The notes beneath the pieces are model-generated. The model saw only the letters and a program-made list of their open reading frames with translations, was not told the origin of the DNA and did not search any database. From Felis catus (lineage: Eukaryota), in contig NC_058369.1 of the NCBI RefSeq assembly GCF_018350175.1, forward strand, positions 19,594,001-19,658,000: a stretch of 64,000 bases of DNA, read 5' to 3'. Every line of letters begins with the position of its first letter. The stretch's first letter is position 1. Positions 13,913 to 25,350 of the stretch are shown here, piece by piece. The position numbers and the translations under genes were made by a program.

Positions 13913-15132
13913 TATTGCTTAATCTGTCTTTTTCACACTCTTCCCTATCCCCTCCCCACCGCGAACACATTCAGATGTAGCAAAATTTAAAGCAAAATAC
14001 TAATAATATCTTCTTAGTCTCTTAGGTCTCTTTCCTGAAAGGACCCCAACTTTGTCAGCCAGTTCTGTGTTAACCTAGTCTGTTAGCCCTTTACTCCAAT
14101 GTTGCCTCCTGAGAGGAGAGTTCCAAAAAGGTGTTGCTTTGGGGTGTTGCTTTTGGGGATGCTTGTGCATCTCTCTGCCATGAAGAAAACTAGCTTTGTA
14201 GATGCTCTATTAACCAGAGTAGACTCACTCCTAGAGGATTCCAGTGGGGCAGAGATGACTTGGGAAACAAATGTTTCTGAGCCTCCTATCCACCTGCCCC
14301 TGGGCTGTTTATGTGCATAAGTCCTAGTTGCAAGCACTGCCTGATCAAGAGAAGGCAGAGCTAAGTCTACCATCACCCGTACTTTGCTTAGATTTGCCAC
14401 CATCATCTGTACTCTGCTTAAATTTGCCTCTATTACCACTGCATTTCTCTGAAAATTTCCCACCATTCTGTTTGGACAGAGTATCTGATGAGATCAACCA
14501 TGAGAGAAGGAAGCGAATGCTGCTCTTGCACCATGGCCAGAAACTCTTGGGAGACTGAGCATTGTGTACCACTTGCCTACTGCTCACCGACTTCAGTAGC
14601 AAGAGCCTCCAGGATGCTCCTGGATAAACATCATCTTTGTGGCCACACATTGTTTTATGAGCTGAGTCATCAGACTGGCTGGCTCCTTAAATACTGGTAT
14701 CTGATTCTCCAGGCAACAGAAAAAAAAAAGGGGAGAAGATGTGAAGTGTAGCTCATTGAACTTTGTAGAAGAGTGCCAGTCTCGTCCGAAAGTGATGGGG
14801 GGATTTATCATTATGATGTTTGCTTATGTTAAAAAATTGATTAACTTAAGTTCTATTTAAGTGAAAAAGATGATGCTGTCTGCATTTCTTGTATGTTATA
14901 TACAAAATGTTTGGTTATGGGCTATTTTTAATAGCCACCAATCTTGAAGAACTTCCTGTTGAAGACTTGATTCCTTCTTTAGTCAGCAAGTTGCAATTTA
15001 TCATCTGAGGTAATGAGTTCCATCCAAAAGTAATAGTGACATGTTAAGTCAAACTGTTTGCACACTTGTTTCTTAAATAGCAAACCATGTTTATATTTTA
15101 CATAGCTACTCAATAAGATGTCTCAATGAATT

Positions 15133-15467
15133 TTTTAAATTTAATTTAATTTTCTTAAATGTTTATTTATTATTGAGAGACAGAGAGACAGAGCATGAGC
15201 ATGAGCATGGGAGGGGCAGAGAGAAGGGGAGACACAGAATCTGAAGCAGGCTCTAGGCTCCGAGCTGTCAGCACAGCCTGACACGGGGCTCGAATGTACA
15301 AATCGCGAGATCATGACCTAAGCCGAAGTCGGACGCTCAACTGACCATCCAGGCGCCCTGATTTTTTTTTTTATTTTAGAGACAGCGACAGAGAGAGAGA
15401 GCGCAAGGGAGAGGGACAGAGGGAGAGAGAGAGAGAACGCAAGGGAGAGGGACAGAGGGGGGGGGGG

Positions 15468-15521
<54 letters not shown>

Positions 15522-15644
15522 CTTAAGCAGTCTCCATGTTCAGCCTAGAGCCCAACACAGGGCTTGATCCCATGACCCTGGAATCATGACCTAGGCCGAA
15601 ATTAGGAGTCAGACGCTCAACCAGCTGAGCCACCCAGGTGTCCC
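15133..15644 (-). mobile_element. Two stacked Can-SINEs, the second with an expanded (GA)n tract
   Basis: Two SINE bodies; outer TSD tcaatgaattttt at ~15123 and ~15646. Confidence 0.88.
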
Positions 15645-18471
15645 ATCAATGAATTTTTAATTAAAGCCTATATCAAGGAAATGTGCCTATATCAAGGAAA
15701 TTTACTCTTTTTAACTCAAGTTTCTCAATTGGGAGATTTGTGACTTGCTGAAATAAATTTCTCAGTTTTCTTTTCCAGCCTATTGCATTATGATCTCAGA
15801 TAACATACAGGTAGATCATTCACCCAAGAGTATATGTTGAATTCCTGTTTGATGGTAGGCATTATGATAGTCTCTGTGTGGGGTAAAAATAAACAGAGCA
15901 ATCTTTGCCACTTAAAAAGGAAACAGATGTTTGTCAATGTGCAAGGCAGACCCATCTGATCTCTTGGAGGAAAGTGGGGTGAGTAGGTGCTACAGGAAAG
16001 GCCCTCATGGGAGAGCAAAATCTCCTTTTGCCAAGGGCTGTTGGGAAGTTTAAGGGAAGAACAGCCCTTGGAGGGTGAGGAGGATCCATGAGTTTCAAGA
16101 GAGGAGAATACATGGGTTGAGTGATACTGTATGCAAAGGCCCAGCCAGAGCCAGGGAAGAGTAGCTGCTTGTATCTAGAGTTGGGACATCCCTGGGGACT
16201 TCTGGGAGAGCAGTTTCTGGAGGTGACAGGGTCAGAAACCAGATCATCTGAGAGTCAAATGAATTGCATTAAAATAAAGGGATTTGGAGTGGTTGATTAT
16301 TCTTCACAGTTATCTAGAGGAGGAAGAAAGAAGGAATGGAAGCTGAGGGTACCAACAGGGCAGATGTTGTTGGTACCACAGAAGGAGCCTATGGAACAGA
16401 ACTGGGTGAATATGGAGGGCAGAGAGCAAAAATGGGGCGGTGAGTTCTGGGGATCCTAAGAAGGAGCAGGCAGTGAAGCTGGGTGGTGGTGAAAACATAA
16501 AGAAGTGGATGGAGAGGAGGGGAAGGCAGGGTGCCAAGGGTCCTGATTTTCAGAGGCAAGTTGAAGGTTGGCTCACATGTTGGGAGGGGTGTGTGTATGG
16601 GGGGTGCAGTGAGAGTGGACTGACAGCATGAAGGGCTCAGAACAGATGCTGTGGGTATATGAGAGCAGGTGTATATCTGCTGAAGCCTGATTCTCCATGA
16701 TGTGCTCTTTTGCTTCAAGAAAACAATCTAAATTTAGTACAAAGAGCAAGACTGTAGGAGTCTGAGATTTATCAGATGCCCCCTTCTCACCTTGGCCCGT
16801 TTTCTTTTCCCTTTACCAGTTGGGATTAATGCATTCCCATCCCTGAGCTGAGGTGTGCAGTTGTTGATTGGGAGTGTCTTTGTCTGGGGAAGCTGTCATC
16901 TAAGATGAATCCAGACTGGGAACAAGAGAGTAAACTTTGGGAAAACCAGTCATTGGGCTCCGAGACTGTGATCATGTACATCAGCCAATGGAGTGGAACT
17001 AGGAGATGAAATAAGAGCTTTAAGTTTGTTCGTTCAGAAGGTCTGTATAACTTGGCCCACTTGCTAGATAGCTCCCTTTTTGGGAATGTGGGCTTCATTA
17101 CATGGTGACATTCCAGGGTGGTCATTGGGCAGGGGTCTTCTGGGAACATTTAGCTACATAAATAAAGATAACTCCTTTATTATGTTCTTGGACTCCCCCA
17201 ACCCCTCAGTGTATCTAGCTCTTGAGAAACTCAATCATTTACAGAATATTTTCCTAATACAGGAGTGTGCAGCCTTCATTGGTGGAAGGAGTGAGTCTAT
17301 AGGTCAGGATTTGGGGATCTGTGGCAATAATCCAGGTGAGCTTAGTCAGGCCTGGAATGAGTAATCATAAAGGGCATTATGAAGAAAGAACCAATAAGAT
17401 CTGTTGATTACCAAGATATTCTTGTACTAGTCTTGCTTCCTACTCAACAAGTGCGCATCAGGTGTTAGGTGCTGAGAGTGACTTTAGCCTGGAGCTTGCC
17501 TTTTGGGAGCAGTTTAATGGGAGAAATAAGGCACAAATGCACACAGCTGGAATCCTAGGCAAAAGAAGGGGAGGATCCAGTCTGCTAGCTGCAGGATCTG
17601 GGAAGCTTTCCTGGAAGTGATGCACTGATCTGGGCTTGGAAGAGTGTTCAAGGGTGTTCAGTCAAGTGAGGAGTGACACCAGGGTTTTGTCTGGTGACAG
17701 ATGCTGGTGACAGAGATGGATAAATATGCTGGGATTAGGGCTGGGACCACAACGTGGTCCAGATGCAGGTTAAAGAAGTCCTGCAGTTGCCAGGATTATC
17801 CTGATCTTTGGAGAATGGTTGACCTAGGGTCACAAGGTGATATTTGCAGAAGTAAGAGGGAACAGATTTTGGGGGTGGGGGGGAGGAAACAAAGGAGGAA
17901 AGTTTTGGGACTGAGCCAAAAGTCCGAATAGCCTATAAGGCAGAGACCTAGGAGGAGCAGAGGCGGTGCCCAGGGCAGGATCCCAGATCCTAACAAGGAA
18001 GGGTTTCCTTACTAAGAAGGCTACTCTGATTGTTCACACTCCAAGAATTTACCGCATAGGACAACTCAGCGAAACAAGAACCAAGGAGGCGGTAGGGCTT
18101 CGGCCTAGAAGGCATCCCAGAGACGAAGAGCGAGGGGCAACAGTGCCCCACCTTGTTCTCCCGCGGCGACCCCACCTTTCGGGTCCGGCGATACGCAGGG
18201 TGGCTCCCAGGACCTTTCCGGGATGGGCAGTGTCCACACTGTTGGCGACACTGGGATGGGTCTGAAAACAGTATCCTTCCCTCCTCCCTTCTCGATCCTC
18301 CCTCTCGGACAGAGTCCCGCGGCAATCTTGCTGTGCCAGGCAGGAAGCACCGGACGCGCAAGACTCTAGCGGCCTAGGGCCTCCCACCTGCCCAGCCCGC
18401 CTCTACCATCACTTGCTACCGCCGAGGGCGGGGGTCCACGGAGGAGCTAGGTCTGACCCCCGCGGGGCCGT

Positions 18472-18476
18472 CCAAT
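18472..18476 (+). promoter_or_regulatory. CCAAT box (NF-Y candidate)
   Basis: gtCCAATcg at the 5' side of the CpG island. Confidence 0.45.
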
Positions 18477-18585
18477 CGCCTCTCGCGGATTTCCCTCCGC
18501 TGGCGCGCGGCGGCGGCGCGTGAGCTCGCGCGCGGGCTCGGGGGGCGCGAGCCCGGGCAGCGCGAGCCCCCGCGCGCCGGGAGTG

Positions 18586-18595
18586 GCGCATGCGC
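18586..18595. promoter_or_regulatory. NRF1 palindromic motif GCGCATGCGC
   Basis: Exact core consensus inside the CpG island, upstream of the exon. Confidence 0.65.
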
Positions 18596-18760
18596 GGCCG
18601 TCCTGCGAGCCCGCTGAGGCGAGCCGAACCGCGGCGGCGCCGGGAGCAGAACAGCGGAGCTGTGAGGGACCGAGCGGCGGCGCGGGAGCAGCGGCGACGG
18701 ACAGGTGGAGAGACCTCGCCCGCGCCTCCCGGGACTGCTGGGCCGCTCGCGGGAGCCTCG

Positions 18761-18838
18761 CGGTTCGGACGTGGCGGCGGCGGCATCCCGGACGGCCTGT
18801 GAGGGATGCGCCGCCCACTGCCCCGCGCCGCCTGACCG
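18761..18838 (+). ncRNA. MIR4787: miR-4787-like hairpin in the DOCK3 5' leader
   Basis: Stem GGCGGCGGCATCCC / GGGATGCGCCGCC is visible. 18805-18828 (GATGCGCCGCCCACTGCCCCGCGC) matches recalled hsa-miR-4787-3p; the 5' arm looks ~6 nt shorter than in human. Processing into a miRNA is not shown. Confidence 0.5.
18806..18835 (+). other. Upstream ORF, 9 aa (MRRPLPRAA*)
   Basis: gggATG CGC CGC CCA CTG CCC CGC GCC GCC TGA; G at -3; stops 103 nt before the DOCK3 ATG. Confidence 0.55.
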
Positions 18839-18938
18839 CCCCCGCTTCGGCTTGCGGTGCGCCACAGCCGGGCCCGCGGCCGTCCCCGCCGCGCTGTCGC
18901 CCGGCCGCCGCGCCCGCGGGGCCGCGCCCGGCCCGGCC

Positions 18939-18975
18939 ATGTGGACCCCCACGGAGGAGGAGAAATACGGCGTAG
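18939..18975 (+). CDS. DOCK3: Dedicator of cytokinesis 3, coding part of exon 1 (MWTPTEEEKYGV + 1 nt, phase 1)
   Basis: gccATG context; the peptide matches the N-terminus of mammalian DOCK3 as I recall it (MWTPTEEEKYGVVICSF...); followed by donor G|gtaggt; lies in the CpG island. Confidence 0.93.
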
Positions 18976-20025
18976 GTAGGTGAGGCTCCGGCCTGGCCGC
19001 AGCAGGGGTCCCAGGGACGCGCCCTTGCTCTGGGCCCCGTAGCGGCCCCGCCTCGATTCGCGCCCGCGCGCTCCCGCCCCTGCCCGCAGGCTGCGCGGCC
19101 TCGGCGCGGGGCGGGCGCGGCGGGGGCGGCGGGGGCGGCGGGGCGTGTGGTGCTGGGGTGGGAGCGGGCCTCCGGGAGTGGGGAGGGCGGCAGGGGGCGC
19201 TGGCGGTGCGGCCTCGGCAGGTGCGGCGGGCGGGAGGGGCGGGCACGGTGGGCTGGGCCCCTGTGGCTGTGTGAGGTTTCTGGTGTGGGGTACAGGGCAG
19301 TTTTACCCAAGAAGACAAATCCTGAGAGTCTTGTTTTCTCCGCACCCAATCTCAGTTTTAGCGAGTTTCCGCACCTGAGTTGCTGAGCCCGATGACTGTT
19401 TATTTTTTGGACTGGAACCTTTCAAATGGATAAAAAACGTTGACATCATTTTTCCAGTTCAAAATTTTGTAGACATTTGACTGCAAGTGTTTGGTCTGTT
19501 TTAATTTGTTCTGCATTCAGTATTAGAAATAATTACAGTGGGAAGTGTTTTTGGACATGTCTCAATGTTACGTTTAGTGTGTGTATATAGTACAGTGTCC
19601 TTAAAAACAAAAACACCAACAAACCTGTTTTCAGGTGAGACTGTTATTCATTTTAGAATCCTCTTTTTATCTTACAAGTGTTAAACTCCAGAAGCTAAAT
19701 GATTCTTGTAACATTAAACTTCTTTAAAAAGAACGAATATTTAATAATACAAAGGGTTGAATGTTAGTTTTCCTTTTACTAATGCTAGTGTTTTGTGGCA
19801 ATAACATGATAGAGCTCAGCCACAATGCATTATTGTAAGTCCTGTGCCATCTTATTGGGTTAAAAACAGATTTAAAAGGTTGAGTGTACAGGTTCCCCTA
19901 CCTCCCGACTTGTAATGGAAAACTATGGATGGGGAAATCTCTCTAAACATAGATTTTTATTTCTCATGTTTTTTTTCACCTCAGTTCAATCAAGATTTAA
20001 CTCACAATTCACCACGAAATAACTT

Positions 20026-20395
20026 AAAAATTTTTTTAAGAAGAAATTTATTGTCAAATTAGTTTCCATACAACACCCAGTGCTCATCCCAACAGGTGCC
20101 CTCCTCAAATGCCTATCACCCCCCCTCCCCTCCCTCCCACCCCCCATCAACTCTCAGTTTATCCTCAGTTTTTAAGAGTCTCTTATGGGAGCGAACGTTT
20201 ATTTATTTTTGGGACAGAGAGAGACAGAGCATGAATGGGCGAGGGGCAGAGAGAGAGGGGGACACAGAATCGGAAACAGGCTCCAGGCTCCGAGCCATCA
20301 GCCCAGATCCCGACGCGGGGCTCGAACTCACGGACCGCAAGATCGTGACCTGGCTGAAGTCGGACGCTTAACAGACTGCGCCACCCAGGCGCCCC
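20026..20395 (-). mobile_element. Can-SINE fused to an L1 3' end (candidate chimera)
   Basis: SINE 20194-20395 joined through 5 nt to L1 3'UTR 20031-20188; one TSD a(c/t)gaaataactt at 20014-20025 and 20396-20407. Confidence 0.75.
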
Positions 20396-20711
20396 ATGAA
20401 ATAACTTTTTAAACTGGCAGTAGTAACAAACATTTAGGAATACAATCAGGCAAGTTATGTGAAAATTGAATTTATTGAATTTTAAGGACCTGCAGAGAGA
20501 TCTTCTATGTTGGTATAAAATCCTGTTTTGAAAGGTAACTTTCTAAAGTTTTTAATTAGCTGTGCTACAATGGCATGATAGTATGCTAGGATGGAAGCGA
20601 TAAAAGAAGCCCTAGTGCTTGAGTCTCTGTTGAGAAGGAATTGGGAAATGATGCAAAGAGCCGGGATTCGCCTGTGGGGACATTTTACCTTTTCTCTTAG
20701 TTCTCTAAATA

Positions 20712-20794
20712 CTATATATATATACATATATATATACACACATATATATATATGTATATATATATGTGTATATATATATATGTATATATATATA
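20712..20794. repeat. Interrupted (TA)n microsatellite
   Basis: Seen directly. Confidence 0.95.
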
Positions 20795-23368
20795 TTCCAT
20801 GAAATGAAGAGTTGATGGTTTATCTTCTCCATAACTTGCTTTCAGAACTGCTGAACTAGAATAACAAATAATTGATGTGAAAGTGGCACCTAAGTGATAA
20901 TTCCTTCTGGGAAAGAATCCTTGAGTAGGAGAGTTAGCACATTTCTGAGTCCTGGCTTCTCTTTACTGGTGTTGTGGGCAAGTTAACATCATTTTCTTAA
21001 TGTGTAAATTGGGGATAATATTTACCTACAGGGTTGTGAAAATCAAATGAAAGCATACCAGATGCTTAATAAATGTTAATTTCTTCTTTTCCCTGTAGTA
21101 CTCAGAGTAATAATAATACCAGTTATTTCCTCTGATGTGTTAGTTCTTAGAAGGACACAGTGCAGGGTAATCAAGATAGGCATATGTGAATCTCCAGGCA
21201 CTAGGATTTGGTGTGTGATTTAATCAGGAAGATGGAATGAAATTCTTGCATTCTTAGGACTGTGGGTTTAGCTTTAGAAAAATGGTTATTTCCCGTGGAG
21301 AGGACACAGCATTGGGCACAGGGAAGGACCTAAATGCTTTGTAAATGAGAGATGTTGTTATTCTGAAGATATTAACAGTTGTGATTTAGCGTACTTTAGA
21401 TGCTTTTCCTGCCAAACAAGGCATCTCTTTTCCTACTTTCTCTCACAGCTTTGTTCTACTGTCCCTTCCTCAGTTATGGTCTGAAAGTTCTTGTAGAAAT
21501 TGTTCAAAACTCAGGGTACATCTCTTTCCGTAAGCACGTTAGGATACACTCTTAGGCTTTTTATTTAGTAAAATCTGGTTCAGCCTATAAAGTAGCTTAA
21601 ATGTTATACTTACAATAAGAAAAATAGTCAATCAAAAATAGTGTGTTAGCTGCATTATTTAATTGCTAGTTTGAAAATCTATTATCATTATTCCTAGGAG
21701 GTAGTATTTTGAGTTTCAGCTTTGATTTTTATGGCCAACTTGGAGCATATGTTTCTATCTCTGCTTGCTTTGCTAATCAATAATCCTTATAGCAAGGAGG
21801 GAAAACTTGTACCTACTCCCTACCAATTTGGAGAAACTGCTTGGATGTTAGTGAGGGGAAAAGTCCCCTGTTGCAGCATTGCAAAGGACTTTTTTTCCAT
21901 TGCAGCTATTCATCTGTATTTGACATTGGTAAGGTGTTTGAGATTCTGTAGAAACATTTTACTTTAGCTTTTGTTTTTTTTTTAATACAGGAATTCTATA
22001 CAGGTTACAACATTTTCAAATTATTTGATTTATTCACCTAGAACTAGGTGGTAAATGAGCTTCTATTCATTGTAATATTCTGTGGTTGACTTTAGAGGAA
22101 GGGGAGAAAACTGTTCTTTTTTGAGGTTTAGTCTTGGGTCAGTCACCGTGTTGCTAGGGATTCTTACTTAATGTTATACCGTATAGAGTCCCAGAGCAGT
22201 TCTAATGTTATCTTCATCATACAGATGAAGAAACTGGATCTCAGAGGTGGTTAGTCCTTTTTTGTCCTTCAGCAATTGAATATTCTCCTTATTTTTCTTC
22301 TTGGCAATGGGCAATATTTTGTGATACACTTGGCTTTTTTGCTATCCTTCTTTAGTATTAAAAGGGCTGTATTTTACTGAACCCGTTAGCCATGTTTTGA
22401 CTCTTTATGTCTCTTTCCCTCTGAGATTCTGTTTTCCTTTCTGTTGCCATGAATGCTTAGAAAGCCCTGTATCTTTCCATTCTTTATTTTACATTTCCAA
22501 GAAGCTTCCTCTTCTAAAATGCATTAGGTGAGAACAGTCCACCTATTTTTGTGAAATAGTTGTCTTTTCCCATGTTGATGGCACTCAGACTACCCAATAT
22601 AGAAATCAAAGATCAAGAAAATACTTTTCTCGTTCTCTGACAGCAGCAGCAGCAAACACTGATAACAAAACAAGAATGTTTATAATTAACTTCTAAAATA
22701 GAATAGCAGCAAAAGTTTGAATACATATGTACTAGTTTGTCATCTTAGGGCTGGAAGCTTGCCTCAGGTCATTATCTTGTTTATTCTGCTGTCATAAGGT
22801 AATTTTTTTTTTTAATAACTCAGGGCATTTGTTGTTTATTTCCTAATCCACACTTAGTAAATAAACCATAACAGTTTTTCCTCATCACCAACCAGAATAC
22901 CTGATATTTTAGTTTTGTAATGTTATATTTATTTTTATCTTGTATAAAAAGTAATTCATATTTTCTGCCTTATTTTTACCAGATTTCCTTTTGCTTGATT
23001 TTTCCCAGATAGAACAAAAATACACTTTTTAAAAAAAGCCCTGGGTCCTTAAAAGAAATTTACCTTGTAAAGATCCAGTGGTGCAGAGGCATCTGAAGGC
23101 GGAGAAGGAATAGGTTGATGAAACCAGATTGGAAAGAACCAGTGATCACAAAATTTCACTAAATCTGTTGGTAAATAGGCTAAAATAGGCTACGGTTCAG
23201 TGAAATAGTGCAGAGGCAGTGGGCTTTTTAGTTACTTGTTCCATGAGGGAATCCCAGTGTTTGAAACCTCTGTAAGGGCCCCATACCTCTCAGAGGTAAA
23301 GGCATCTACTAGGGATAGAGAATATATCATATACCCAGGACTTTATTTTGTTTTAAAAAATGAGGATG

Positions 23369-24647
23369 GGGGTGCCTGGGTGGCTCAGTCGGTTAAGCGT
23401 CCGACTTCAGCCAGGTCACGATCTCGCGGTCCGCGAGTTCGAGCCCCGCGTCAGGCTCTGGGCTGATGGCTCAGAGCCTGGAGTCTGTTTCCGATTCTGT
23501 GTCTCCCTCTCTCTCTGCCCCTCCCCCATTCATGCTCTGTCTCTCTCTGTCACAAAAATAAAAGGTTAAAAAAATTAAAAAAAAATGAGGGTGTGCTTGA
23601 CGTTTTATGATTGGGGTTTAGTGTTTATAGGGAGCTTCCACATTATGATTCTACTTGAGCCTTACACCATAATATGTCCTCTCCCCTCTTTTTGAAACAG
23701 GTGGGAAAGAAACTTTAGCTGAGAGGAGTTAGGGACTGATCTAGGGAATTTAAGGCAGTTAGTGCTGAGTTGAGATTTGAACGTAGAACTTTGGGAGTCT
23801 AAGCCACAGCTTCTTTTATTACATCATGTTGCTTCTGAAAGGACTTTGTCAGTAGCGTATATCTGTGGCTCAAAAGATAAGGCATTCTTGTGGTGCCTGA
23901 GTGGCTCAGTCGGTTAAGTGTCTGACTTTGGCTCAGGTCATGATCTCACAGTTCGTGGGTTGGAGCCCATGTCGGGCTCTGTGCTGACAGCTCAGAGCCT
24001 GGAGCCTGCTTCAGATTCTGTGTCTCCCTCTCTCTGCCCCTCCCCTGCTTGCTCGCGCGCTCTCTCTCTCTCTCTCTCTCTCTCAAAAATAAATAAACAT
24101 TAAAAAAAAGACTACATAGTATTTATTGTTCTGCTTCTAATTGTAAAGATTTGCACTGGTAATGAATACACATTTAGGACATGACAAGTCAGAAGGCACG
24201 TTTTTAAAGAGCTCTGAAGGATATGTTCGCTTTTTAAAAGACACTATTAGCTGAGAGGAAAGAAGTTGAGTTTGGCAAATATTTATTGAGTGCCTTTTCA
24301 AACCAAGAGGTCTTTGTTTTTTTTTTTTTTAATTTTTTAACGTTTATTTATTTTTGAGAGAGAGAGTATGAACGGGGGAGGGTCAGAAAGAGAGGGAGAC
24401 CCAGAATCTGAAACAGGCTCCAGACTCTGAGCTGTCAGCACAGAGCCCGACGTGGACCTCGAACTCACAGACTGCGAGATCATGACCTGAGCTGAAGTCG
24501 GACACTTAACCGACTGAGCCATGCAGGTGCCCCAAGAGGTCTTTGTTTTGATCTGTAATTCTGTAAAGCAAACAGGAAATAGCCAACAGGAAATTGTCAA
24601 CATTTTGTTTTAATGTTTATTTTTGAGAGAGAGAGAGAGAGAGCGCG

Positions 24648-24699
<52 letters not shown>

Positions 24700-25350
24700 G
24701 GGAGGGGCAGAGACAGAATCCGAAGCAGGCTCCAGGCTCTGCAGAGCCTGATGCGGGGCTTGAACCCACAGACTGTGAGATAATGACCTGAGCTGAAGTC
24801 AGACACTTAACTGACTGAGCCACCCAGATGCCCCAACATTTAAAAAATACATTTTTTTAAATGCTTTATTTATTTTTGAGAGAGACAGAGTGCAAGCAAG
24901 GGAGGGGCAGAGAGAGAGGGAGACACAGAATTGGAAGTAGGCTCCAGGCTCCGAGCTGTCAGCATAGAGCCTGATGTGGGGCTTGAACTCACAGACCATG
25001 AGATCATGACATGAGCTGAAGTTGGATGCTTAACCGACTGAGCCACCCAGGTGCCCTACTGCTTAATAGAAAAGTCACTATGCAACAATATTCTGTAGTC
25101 TATTCAAATATTACAGTTCATTTTATCATGCAGTGTTAAGGGGCGCCTGTGTGGCTCAGTGGGTTGAGTGTCTGACTTCGGCTCAGGTCATGATCTCGCG
25201 GTTGATGGGTTCGAGCCCTGCCTTGGGCTCTGTGCTGACAGCTCAGAGCATGGAGCCTGCTTCGGATTCTGTGTCTCCTCTTTCTCAGCCACTCCCCTGC
25301 TCATGCTCTGTCTCTCTCTGTCGCAAAAATAAGTAAACATTAAACAAAAA
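23369..25350. mobile_element. Cluster of six Can-SINEs (+ at 23369, 23890, 25140; - at 24315, 24605, 24850)
   Basis: Recognisable heads and tails; TSDs such as aagaggtctttgtttt and ttatcatgcagtgttaa. Confidence 0.9.

Larger units (their letters stand above)
18380..19270. promoter_or_regulatory. DOCK3: CpG island / DOCK3 promoter, exon 1 and start of intron 1
   Basis: Abrupt switch to very GC- and CpG-rich sequence in an otherwise CpG-depleted window; contains GC boxes, a CCAAT box, an NRF1 palindrome and the first coding exon. Confidence 0.93.

Noticed and set aside
18686..18710. Possible REST/RE1 site (gcagcggcgacggacagg)
   Set aside because: Left half and spacing deviate from TTCAGCACCnnGGACAG.
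18590..18802. 70-aa ORF from the ATG in the NRF1 motif as a uORF
   Set aside because: The ATG is part of a promoter motif and probably upstream of the TSS; cannot be supported.
18409..19386. Long overlapping ORFs (up to 309 aa) on both strands of the CpG island
   Set aside because: Ala/Arg/Pro/Gly-rich products expected from stop-poor GC-rich DNA; only the MWTPTEEEKYGV part is recognisable.
23918..25336. Recurrent ORFs of the type MAQSV...SAQVMIS...LEPASDSVSP
   Set aside because: Translations of Can-SINE bodies, not a gene family.
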